Position numbers and translations under genes: made by a program
The notes under the pieces: generated by a model
The model's input: only the letters and a program-made list of their open reading frames with translations
What the model was told of the DNA's origin: nothing
Database searches by the model: none
Shown here: one piece after another, positions 45,454 through 54,987 of the stretch
Layout of the letters: the number at the start of each line of letters is the position of its first letter
Numbering within the stretch: the stretch's first letter is position 1
Origin: Piedraia hortae CBS 480.64
Lineage: Eukaryota
Length of the DNA: 64,000 bases
Direction: 5' to 3'
Assembly: GCA_010093745.1 (NCBI GenBank)
Contig: MU005964.1
Coordinates: forward strand, 310,001-374,000

Positions 45454-45834
45454 CTAATAGCAACATGTAACCGTTGTCGTAGTCACCGGTTCTTCGACCC
45501 ATTCGCCGCATTGGACGGCCTTTTTGACAAGTGTTAGTTGATTGTGTTTTGAGCGAGGGTGAGCACTTACAGGTCCATGACCAAAGAAAATTGGAACCGT
45601 CTCGGTACATTGTGCAACTTGGGTCACCGTGGCGAAGGAGGCGTATTCGGTGCATGTTGCGCTAGAAAGAGCTCCGAATGTTGGGGCAACAAATCGCGTG
45701 TTGCACACTGATGTTGGGGGCGGAGCCGCGGATCTTGTTAACGTGGTTAGTGTTTATCGTTTTGTGGTGGGTGGTGATGATGCTTACGCGGTAAGTGCCC
45801 AGAGGGAGGTTACGAGGAGGGTGATATAATTCAT
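45454..45834 (-). CDS. Small secreted Cys-rich protein A (91 aa, 6 Cys); 3 exons
   Basis: Exons 45834-45788, 45733-45571, 45519-45454 give MNYITLLVTSLWALTASAAPPPTSVCNTRFVAPTFGALSSATCTEYASFATVTQVAQCTETVPIFFGHGPAVQCGEWVEEPVTTTTVTCCY. Both introns GTAAG...CTAAC...AAG. Confidence 0.85.
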
Positions 45835-46288
45835 CTTTGTTGGATTCAAACGTTCAGAAGTGTTTGCTGTGTTTGGTGTGACGATGGAAGATTCAGTGGT
45901 GGTTTTATATTTCAGTGACAGGAAGCCAAGACCTTGGGCTGTCAGCCTATGTGTCATAGAGATTCGGGAGAGTGATAAGAGGTTCAGACGTCAGATGACA
46001 TCCCCCATCTTGGCAAAAGCAGTAGGAAACGTATAGGATCATCTCGACACGATAACTTGAACCGGAATAAAGAAGAGAAGGTGCATGCCGGGAACGAGAA
46101 CAGGTTGGACACAGTCTACGCAGTTGGATACGCAAGGCAACTACATGAACAGACCAACTTCGAGTCCTTGTCGTTTGTTTGGTCAGGTGTGTGGATTGTT
46201 CGGTGTTCAGCGTCGGATTTAGCTGTGCAACAGGGATGTGGCCAATAGCGTCGGGACTTTATTCTAACCCTGGTCGAATCTGATGACT

Positions 46289-46682
46289 CTATTGGCAGCA
46301 TGTCAACGTCGTTGTAGTGGCTGCGCACGTCCTCTTTCGCGTTCCGCACTGCACGACCTTTTTGTTGTTTTAGCCATGGCAAGCACAAGGGGGAGAAAGG
46401 AACTTACGGGTCCGTGGCCGAGGGGCACCGGAGTGATCTCTGGACAGGTCGTCGACGTAGTCACCGTAACCGTCTTCTTGTAGTCTATGCAGGTCGCGCT
46501 TGAAAGAGGCCCAAAGATTTGTGGCTCAATTTTCGGCGTACAGGGCTGGGCAGATCCGGTTACTGGTATGTAAACTGCCCCGGCCGGCCCCAAGGCTCCG
46601 CTGTCTGTGTCAGAGTTGCGTCACGCGGGGGTTTTGGGATGGGAGCTAACGCCATCAGTACGCATGCGATGACTGTACGCAT
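46289..46682 (-). CDS. Small secreted Cys-rich protein B (97 aa), paralogue of A; 3 exons
   Basis: Exons 46682-46651, 46600-46408, 46357-46289 give MRTVIACVLMAGALGPAGAVYIPVTGSAQPCTPKIEPQIFGPLSSATCIDYKKTVTVTTSTTCPEITPVPLGHGPVVQCGTRKRTCAATTTTLTCCQ. Intron phases match A. Confidence 0.82.
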
Positions 46683-46986
46683 GTTGGAAGCAGGAAGTGG
46701 TCTTGGATGGATTTGCTGAAGAAAGGAGAATCGCATTCAGATGCCAAGTTCAGAAAACCAACCCGAGTAATGGCTCGGCTTCACTTCGCTCCTTGGTCAT
46801 CATCGGGAATGCAACATATCATACTACGAACTTCTCGTTATCCTCATACAATACCCTGCCAAAGAATATGCGGAAAGCCATGGTTCGTGATGCCTTGACC
46901 GGGTATGTGATAACAATGGCAAGGCTGTTGATCCCGTATTTGGCAGCCGGGCTATGAGACGCAGTTACCATGCAGACTTCCCGAGG

Positions 46987-48189
46987 CTACAGCTCATCTC
47001 GTATTTCATCACCAGCCAAGCCTCTCTTGACCATGCTCGTCAAGATCTCGTACGCAACCTGTGCCGCTGCCAGCGCAGTTGCTTCCCCGGTGCCGTCGTA
47101 GCTAGGTGATACCTCGACGACATCTGCTCCAACAACGTTAAGGTCCTCGATGCCGCGCAACACGCGGATGAGTTCCCGCGTCGTCCACCCGCCAGGCTCC
47201 GGGGTTCCAGTTCCCGGGGCAAGGCCGGGATCGATCACGTCAATATCGACGGAAAGGTACACGGGCGTCTCACGCCCCACATGGCTGACGATACGCTGTG
47301 CGATGGTCGCCGGTCCTAGTTCGTCCACTTCATCGCTCGCGATCCGCATCCAGCCTTGAGCATCGTCCTCTTCGTTGTCCCCCTGCCCCAGCAGCCGCGT
47401 GCGGAGACCTGCATGCACAGACTTGTTGGGTAGCAGCAGAGACTCATTGTAGGCTAGCCAGAACATGGTGCCATGGGTAAAGTACGACTGCTCATACTCT
47501 TCTGTGTTCACCCAAACACTCGGGTACTTGGTTGGGTGCCATGTGTCTAGGTGAGCGTCAAAGTGCACAACCGCCACTTGCCCATATACGCGGTTCAGAG
47601 CCCTCAGCGTTGGCAGTGCAATGGAATGATCTCCACCCAGAGTAAAAAGCTTGGACTTTTGTCGGTATTTTGCGTGAGAGCGGGCACTTTTTCCTGGCGC
47701 CGCCCGATGAGATAGTTCCGTAAAAGCTTCTGTCATCTGACGCAGTGCCAGCTCGTTGTCAAAGGGAGTGACAGGCACATCGCCACAGTCGACCATCTTG
47801 GCCCACTCCCTGTACGGATTCAGCCCTGCACGGGGGTTATAGGCGCGGGAAGGCGTCTGCCGCGCCGATGCTGCCCTTATTGCTCTGGGCCCAAAGCGTG
47901 CGCCTGGACGGTAAGACACAGCGGTGTCAAAAGGTACACCTAGAATAGCAATGTCATACTCCACCTCTGGCATCTGCAAGCAGCGCATGTGCGGCAGATG
48001 GGCAAAAGTCGAGATGCCCGAGAAAGCCCACTGTTGCCGTCGTCATCATGAGATGAGGTTGGGGACATTGGAAAGTCTTACGTCTGTTCCCCATTTCCCA
48101 TCTAAATCCTTGTCTGGTTTGTGACTGGTGCCCTTGTCTTGCTCGTTCGCCACGGCAAGGCTCGCAATAAAGGCAGTCCACCACTTCAT
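46987..48189 (-). CDS. Ureohydrolase (agmatinase/guanidinobutyrase-like) with signal peptide and RDEL; 2 exons
   Basis: GVPFD..SYRPGARFGP, GGDHS, HFDAHLD, SVDIDVIDP, PGTGTPEPGG. Exon 1 is MKWWTAFIASLAVA...KWGTD; intron 48081-48031. Confidence 0.92.
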
Positions 48190-48244
48190 CTTGTTTGTCC
48201 TTTGACGTTGAGTTGTGGGGAAGCTGCAGCAAGGACTGAACGAT

Positions 48245-49306
48245 ATGCCCGAGATCGGCGAGATTGCTCGGCTTGTCCATTTCATCCGGAAGCATCTTGT
48301 TGGACGCACGATTGCAAAATGTCGTGCTTACCCTGATGACATTGTCTATGGCAAGGTCGGCTGCAGCGCCGATGCGTTCGAACGCGCCGTGACTGGACGA
48401 CGTGTCATCGGCGCAGACCAGCAGGGAAAGTACTTTTACATGCTGTTCGATCGCCCTCCGCATGCAGTCATGCACTGTGGCATGACGGGATGGCTCAAGG
48501 TTGATGTGGAAGATACGACTTACTATCCAAACGCCAAGGAGAAGAAGGCGGACCAGGGCTGGCCTCCGAAATATGTCAAGTTTCTCTTATCCTGCGCACC
48601 AGAAACTGTCAACGGTGTCGAAAGGGGAGCTGTTGAGGCGGCGTTTGTGGACCCGCGACGACTGGCCAGGATCCGATTGGTGCATTGCGAGGCTGACAGG
48701 ATACGACAGGAGACGCCGTTGAAGGAAAACGGGCCTGATCCTGTTCGCGATCGGCATCTTGTAACTGTGGAATGGCTGGAAAAGCTCCTGGGACGAAAGC
48801 ATGTTCCCGTCAAGGCGTTGCTTCTTGACCAAGCCAACCTCTCAGGCGTCGGTAACTGGGTGGCCGATGAGGTGCTCTATCAAGCACGGATACACCCGGA
48901 ACAGTATACAGACACGATGTTCACCTCGCAGATCCAGCAGCTCCACGATTCTCTGATCAATGTCTGCACCACTGCCGTTGATACCCTTGCAGACTCGACC
49001 AAGTTTCCTGAGAATTGGATTATGAAATACCGGTGGGACAAGGGGAAGAAGGACGCCAACGTGCTTCCTAATGGAGAGAAGATTGTGCACATCAAAGTAG
49101 GAGGCAGGACGAGTGCGATAGTACCTACGGTTCAACGGAAAGGAGAGGGAAAGGAGAGAGGAACCAAGAGGAAGGCTGAAAGCGAGGAGGGGAAGGAAGA
49201 AGGAGGAGGGGAATCGGATGGGGCGAAGAAAGAGGATGAGGAAGAGGCCAAGCCCAACGTGGCATCTGATGCCAAGCGAGCGCGAAGGTCTACGCGGAAG
49301 ATGTAG
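48245..49306 (+). CDS. fpg: Formamidopyrimidine-DNA glycosylase (Fpg/MutM, zincless-finger type)
   Basis: N-terminal MPE catalytic motif, GKYF, HCGMTG, DPRRLARI, H2TH LLLDQANLSGVGNWVADEVLY, VGGRTSA. Confidence 0.95.
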   Translation: MPEIGEIARLVHFIRKHLVGRTIAKCRAYPDDIVYGKVGCSADAFERAVTGRRVIGADQQGKYFYMLFDRPPHAVMHCGMTGWLKVDVEDTTYYPNAKEKKADQGWPPKYVKFLLSCAPETVNGVERGAVEAAFVDPRRLARIRLVHCEADRIRQETPLKENGPDPVRDRHLVTVEWLEKLLGRKHVPVKALLLDQANLSGVGNWVADEVLYQARIHPEQYTDTMFTSQIQQLHDSLINVCTTAVDTLADSTKFPENWIMKYRWDKGKKDANVLPNGEKIVHIKVGGRTSAIVPTVQRKGEGKERGTKRKAESEEGKEEGGGESDGAKKEDEEEAKPNVASDAKRARRSTRKM

Positions 49307-49401
49307 TACTCGAAAGTAGACTTGATGTATGATAGGAGAATAGGTGTAATGTATATCAGCGAAAGATGGGTTGAGGTGGGGTTCAGAAGGGAATATTGAA
49401 G

Positions 49402-49458
49402 CGTGTGTGGTCAAATTCGACGTGTGTGGTCAAATTCGAAGTGTGCGGTGAAATTTCA
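49402..49458 (+). repeat. 19-bp tandem repeat (2 exact + 1 degenerate copy) upstream of NAT1
   Basis: CGTGTGTGGTCAAATTCGA x2 (49402-49439), then AGTGTGCGGTGAAATTTCA. Confidence 0.85.
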
Positions 49459-49545
49459 AGTGTGGGTGGAAGTGCGTGCAGCTAGCTCTGCGCGCCCGCG
49501 TTCACACCGGTGACGCCGGGAAATATTGGAACATCGGCAACGAAC

Positions 49546-51970
49546 ATGGCGCAAAACAGCAAAGTGCTTCCGCCAAAAGAGCAGTCGCTGTTCCGGCATC
49601 TGGTCCAGAATTACGAGTCCAAGCAATACAAAAAAGGGCTCAAGGCGGCGGATCAGATCCTGCGAAAGCACCCGGATCATGGCGACACGCAGGCCATGAA
49701 AGCCCTCATCCTGATGAACCAGGGCTTTACCACCGAGGCTTTTGATCTCTGTAAGCTTGCGCTCAAGAACTCGATGAAGAGTCACGTGTGCTGGCACGTC
49801 TACGGCCTGCTCTACCGCCAGCAGAAGAACTACGATGAAGCCATCAAGGCCTACCGTTTCGCCCTGAAGCTGGACCCGGACTCGGCGCAGATCCTGCGCG
49901 ATCTGGCACTTATGCAGATTCAGACGCGTGACTACAAGGGCTACGTGACCAGCCGTAGGACCATGTTGCAGGCTCGGCCCCAGTTGCGCCTAAACTGGAC
50001 AGCTCTGGCTGTGGGGCTGCACTTGGACGGCGATCTCAAGGCTGCCGAAGACGTACTCACGCGGTACGAGGAAAGCTCCAAGATTGCCCCCAGTCGCGGA
50101 GATGTAGAGCACCATGAGGCTGTGCTGTACAAAAACATCATCATTGCTGAGCAAGGCGATCTGGAGCGGGCTCTGCAGCATTTGGAGTCGGTGTACAAGA
50201 CCGTCCTGGACCGCACAGCGGTAATGGAGATGAAAGCCGACTATCTCCTCCGCCTCGGGCGCCTTGAAGCCGCCGAGAAGGCGTATAATGACCTTCTGGC
50301 CCGGAATCCGGAGCGCAGAGCTTATTATAGCGGTCTGGAAAGGGCCAAAGGTCTCGACCGAAGCCGCAAAGAGGACCGCGAAAAGCTGCTTGATATGTAC
50401 AGCGAGTGGGAACGCCGGAATGAGCGTATCGACGCGGCAAGACGCATCCCACTGGACTTTACCGAGGGCACAGCGTTTCGCGAGAGGGCTGATGCCTATC
50501 TGAAGCGAATGTTCCGCAAGGGCGTGCCCAGCACGTTTGCGAATCTCAAAGAGCTTTATGCTGACTCTGCCAAGATGCACACGGTCCAGGACCTTGTTGA
50601 AGGTTACGCAAGTGCCAACGATGCAGGGGTAGACGGAGACGAAGCGAACAAGAATTGGCAGCTCGGCATCAACTTCTTCCTAGCTCAGCACTACAATCAC
50701 CCGCTATCGCGAGATTCGGCAAAGGCGCAGCAGTACATTGACCGTGCCATTCAGCTCAATTCATCTTCAACCGACTACACTTACCACATGACCCGTGCGA
50801 GGATCTTGAAGAATCTCGGGGCCGTTGATCAGGCAGCAGTAGTCATGAACGAGGCACGAGAGATGGACCTTAAAGACCGCTATATCAATACAAAGTGTGC
50901 CAAGTATCAGCTTCGAAACGAACAGAACCAGGATGCCATTGACACCATGGGACTCTTTACCCGCAAAGAAGCTGTCGGTGGACCACTAGGCGACTTGCTT
51001 GACATGCAATGCGTGTGGTTCCTGGTCGAGGACGGTGAATCGTATCTTCGTCAGGGTCGTTTGGCATTGGCATTGAAGCGCTTCCAGTCCATCTATACCA
51101 TCTTTGAGACGTGGTACGACGATCAGATCGACTTCCACACCTTCAGCCTGCGTCGTGGCATGGTGCGTGCCTATGTGGATATGATGCGGTGGGAAGATCG
51201 GCTGCGAGACCATCCCTACTATACTCGTGCCGCCCTTTCAGCTATACGCCTGTGTCTAACGGTGCATGACCGGCCTGAAGCAAAAGCCAACGGGGAAGTC
51301 AAGGGGAAGAAGGCCAAACCGGCCAAAAAGACCGAAGTCCCGTCCAACGACAAGGATCTGCAGGGCCTAGAAGCATTTGAAGCGATGCAAAAGCAACCGC
51401 TCGACGAGGCCATGAAGTTCCTCAACCCACTGCTAGAACTGAGTAGACAAAAAATTGACGGGCAGCTGGCGGGCTTTGAAATTTACATTCGAAGAAGTAA
51501 GTTGGGCTCTCTGTTGGACTAGTCCCTTGCTAATCGGCGTAGAAAAATATCTACCGGCACTCAAGTGCTTGCTGGCTGCACAGAAGCTCGACCCTGCGCA
51601 CCCCAGGTGCTACGAACAGAGCGTACGCTTCCAGCACGCACTCAAAGCAGTGGAACTGCCCGATGCGGTGAAGAACGTCATCGACGAGACGTTCAAACCA
51701 GCACCGGAGCTCGATTCGTTCTTGCAACAACACAACGATTCAGCAGCGCACTTGCAAAGTGCTGTGCGAGTGCGTGGGCTCCTCGGCCTAGACGCCGACG
51801 AATCCGGGAAAAAGGAAAGTCTAGATATGCTTTGCAAGTCGCTGACTCGTCCCGGAGCGAGCATCAAGCTGGCTCAAGATGGAGTAGAGATTGCAGATGC
51901 TCTTGGCGGAGGTGAAACCTACCGCAAGGCTGCCAGCCAACGATGGCCGGAAGCCAAAGCATTTCGCTAG
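49546..51970 (+). CDS. NAT1: N-terminal acetyltransferase A auxiliary subunit (Naa15); 2 exons
   Basis: YESKQYKKGLK, HGDTQAMK, SHVCWHVYG, DRYINTKCAKY, DQIDFHTFSLR. Intron 51497-51542. Confidence 0.96.
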
Positions 51971-52066
51971 ACAATCGGCTGGAAAATGCATTGCAGTGTA
52001 GTCAGTACAGCAGTAGAAAAACGAGGCATAATCACCATTGATCACCATACAGGTCTATAGGCATCA

Positions 52067-52909
52067 CTACCATAACCCTTCTAGCCGGAAAGGTTCCTTG
52101 AGTTCTGAAACAACCTTGACCTCTCCTTTGCCTGTCTTGCTCTCCGTTCGCGGTAACACTAGCCGTCCTTCGTGGATGTCGCTCAGCACCGCCAGCGCAG
52201 CGGAATGTAGGTTCGGCACGCCGCCTTTACCCAATCGTCCGCACTTCCGCGCCACCTCGACGAGAAATCTTGTCTCAAGATCGCTGCCAGCCGTGACCAG
52301 AGGCGGGATCTTGTAGTGACTAAGCACGGCTTGGATGCCTTCCTCCGGCAATGACTTGATCGTCTTCTGCACGACTCCAAAGGGATCGGCTATGGCCTCC
52401 TTCGGAAGTACTGTCTTTTCGTTGATCTCGGGCTCTGGGGAAGAAGAGAAGCCGTCCCATTCGTCTTCTTCTTCCACACCAACCATTGGTTGAGGCTGCT
52501 GCTTTGCTCGCACTCGAGCCGACTCTAAGAGTGCGGCCATGGGATCCGCTTTGTCGTCTACTTCCATGTCCTCTTCCACTTGCACGTCCTGCTCTACTTC
52601 TTCCTCACCGTCACCTACAGCAGTGGCAGGCTGTACATCCTCTTTCCTCTTCTGCCTATTCATCTCCCTCTTTCTCATCCGCTCTTCTTCTTTGATCCGC
52701 TTCTTCTCTTCCACCTCGGCCAAAAGCTGCTCTTTGAATGGGAAGCTGTTTGGAATCCCGGGATCCTTTTTTACGCGCGACTTCCATTGTGGGTTTGGGT
52801 TCTTGCGGGCATTGCGGCGCTCCTTCCGCTGCTTCGCTGCCGATGCCTTTTCGATCTTGTGTCTCAGGCGCACCGGAACGCGTTTGGACGTTGGTTTTCG
52901 GACTTTCAT
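52067..52909 (-). CDS. NUG1: Nug1/GNL3 (nucleostemin) homologue lacking the central GTPase domain
   Basis: N-terminal SKRVPVRLRHKIEK...KKDPGIPNSFPFKE and C-terminal FLVEVARKCGRLGKGGVPNL...SDIHEGR; no NKxD, GxxxxGKS or DxPG motif in the 280-aa continuous ORF. Confidence 0.88.
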   Translation of the reverse strand: MKVRKPTSKRVPVRLRHKIEKASAAKQRKERRNARKNPNPQWKSRVKKDPGIPNSFPFKEQLLAEVEEKKRIKEEERMRKREMNRQKRKEDVQPATAVGDGEEEVEQDVQVEEDMEVDDKADPMAALLESARVRAKQQPQPMVGVEEEDEWDGFSSSPEPEINEKTVLPKEAIADPFGVVQKTIKSLPEEGIQAVLSHYKIPPLVTAGSDLETRFLVEVARKCGRLGKGGVPNLHSAALAVLSDIHEGRLVLPRTESKTGKGEVKVVSELKEPFRLEGLW

Positions 52910-53420
52910 TGTGAGCTGCTATTTGAGGATTGTGGTTGTGGAAAAATTGCGACTTGGCTTATGTCACCCTCGGGACGTTCCGTGCGCCAAGAAGTGTTCA
53001 AAACGAACTGGACGGATATTTCTTGGCGCACGGCCGCCAGTTTATCATATGATTGTGGCCGAGCACATCTACATGGCTCTATCCTGAAAGTACTTATTGA
53101 TATATAGCAAAACGATCACACACTGCCTTCCGCTTATTGCCTCAATTCTGCAACTTCCTCGACATTGTGACTGCATCCTGCTTAGCAATGGTTGAACATA
53201 CTGTGTCACAATGGCCTTTCCAAAAGTATTTGTAGGACTCCGCAATCTGTTACCAAGATAACCCCCGTCCAACTGGTGTGGAGCGCAATTCATTTGTGGC
53301 GTGTCTCCCCACAACGCGCGCCGCGTCTTTAACCTCTCGACATTTCTTGACACCCTTCAAACTCAACTATACTCCTCTTGTTCTCTAACTCTCCCTCGTT
53401 CTTCCAAAGCGCATGCAGCC

Positions 53421-54214
53421 ATGTCCTCGAATAACCCCACAGCCAACACAAGCGGCAACAGTCGTCGCAAAAGCGCACACAGCAGCATAGATGAGCTGAT
53501 GCTCCCAAAGTCTCTCGTCTCACGCCTGTCCAAGGGCGCTCTACCACCGAACACGCAAATCCACAAAGACGCGCTCTTAGCCCTACACAAGAGCGCAACA
53601 GTCTTTGTCAACTACATTGCATCTGCGTAAGAACATTTCTATTTTGTTTGAAATATTGGAAGCTGACGGCGAGGAAACAGATCAAGTGAAAATGCACTGG
53701 CTGGAGGAAAGAAAACCCTCATGCCGGCCGATGTCATGGCCGCGCTCAAGGACGCCGAGCTGGAGCAATTCATCCCCCGCTTGCAAGAGGAGTTGAAGAG
53801 TGAGTTTCGCATTCTCTTCAAAGGATGCGAATGCTGACGGAGGTAGAGTACAACGAAGTCCAATGCGACAAGAGAAATGCCTACAGAAGGAAGGTAAAGG
53901 AAGATAAGAAAGCGGCGACCGCGTCCGCCATAGAAGATGATGGCCGGCCAAAGAAGAAGCTGCGCTTTTCAGAGGGTGTCGAAGTTGCTTCAGCCAACAC
54001 CGCGAATGAGAGCCCTAGCCAACTAGAAGAGGACGAGGAAAACGAAGGCGATAATGATGAGGATGGCGATGCAGTTGCTGATGAGGAAGTTGTGGAAGAA
54101 GTTGATGAGGAGGAAGTGGATGAAGAAGAGGCCGGTGACGAGCCCCAAGAGGATAGACTGGAGGAGCCTGATGGCGGCGGCGACTCTGATTCCGAGGACG
54201 ATGATGACGATTGA
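53421..54214 (+). CDS. DPB4: Histone-fold protein, DNA polymerase epsilon/CHRAC subunit Dpb4; 3 exons
   Basis: IDELMLPKSLVSRLSKG..IHKDALLALHKSATVFVNY, KKTLMPADVMAAL, acidic tail. Introns 53627-53680 and 53800-53846. Confidence 0.9.
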
Positions 54215-54560
54215 TTGAGATGTTCATGTTCTGGGTTTTATGTTGAAAGCGAGCATGTTTCATTGACTGACCGACTGAACCGAGTCCATGTTTTGCCGTA
54301 ATCCATCGGCTTGCATTGTTCCAACATGGTCATCTGATTGGGAAGCTTGTTTTCCTTACTAATAACAGCAAACCAATCTAGTGGTTGATGTTGGCGATTA
54401 AAGTAGGTCATACACAGCAATGTTACCACCATATCGGGTCCCGTTCAAGGCAAAACCAGACTTCCGGCAAATGTTCGGGCAGATTGAGTATGTATAGATA
54501 CGACTTATTCCACTGGTACATTGTGTCCTGCTGGCGCAATGGTAGCGCGCCAGACTTCTA

Positions 54561-54603
54561 ATCAGTGTGGGGATCGAAAGGTCTCCATTTCGCGCTGCTT
54601 GAA
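54561..54603 (+). other. Canonical tRNA (splicing-endonuclease type) intron at position 37/38, 43 nt
   Basis: Starts one base after the anticodon; antepenultimate G54601 can pair with C32 (anticodon-intron pair); internal GAAA-capped hairpin. Confidence 0.88.
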
Positions 54604-54617
54604 ATCTGGAGGTTGTG

Positions 54618-54671
54618 GTATGCATGTCTCAATATCTATCTATCGGGAACAAAGAACTAACGAAACTACAG
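54618..54671 (+). other. Spliceosomal-type intron (54 nt) in the T-stem of tRNA-Arg
   Basis: 5' GTATGC, branch site ACTAAC at 54656-54661, 3' CAG; exact excision gives GTG|GG that pairs with CCCAC. Confidence 0.85.
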
Positions 54672-54694
54672 GGTTCGAGTCCCACGTAGGATGC

Positions 54695-54703
54695 TTTTTT
54701 TTT
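54695..54703 (+). terminator. RNA polymerase III oligo(T) terminator of the tRNA gene
   Basis: T9 run starting two bases after the discriminator G54693. Confidence 0.85.
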
Positions 54704-54987
54704 CCTTTTGTCCGTTTCCTTTAGGCCTTAACGGGTGGACGTTAGCGACGCAAGGATTCGTAGATGGCTGTTGGTCACAGGTTGCACAACATCAACGCCG
54801 CGAGAATTGGCTGAAGTCGCCGTGGGTGGGCACGGGGTGACCAGGGCCCGAGTATCTCCTGCCCATGACATCTACATCGACCGACATCGTCTTGCACCTT
54901 GCAGCCACCTGAGACGCGGCGCTGCGTCGGTTGTGCTACTCGATCGACCACGGGGCCCTGGTAGGTCGGTAGGGGGGTTGTGTAGGG

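Larger units (their letters stand above)
54525..54693 (+). tRNA. tRNA-Arg-TCT: tRNA-Arg (anticodon TCT) with two introns; exons 54525-54560, 54604-54617, 54672-54693
   Basis: Spliced 72-nt sequence GTCCTGCTGGCGCAATGGTAGCGCGCCAGACTTCTAATCTGGAGGTTGTGGGTTCGAGTCCCACGTAGGATG folds into a full cloverleaf (GTCCTGC/GTAGGAT, GCGC/GCGC, CCAGA/TCTGG, GTGGG/CCCAC). A box and B box intact; T-run terminator follows. Confidence 0.93.

Noticed and set aside
45454..46682. Small Cys-rich proteins as hydrophobins
   Set aside because: Six conserved Cys with a single terminal CC, not the eight-Cys pattern with two CC pairs.
49402..49458. Repeat considered as a CRISPR-like array
   Set aside because: Eukaryotic context, repeats are contiguous without spacers, no cas genes.
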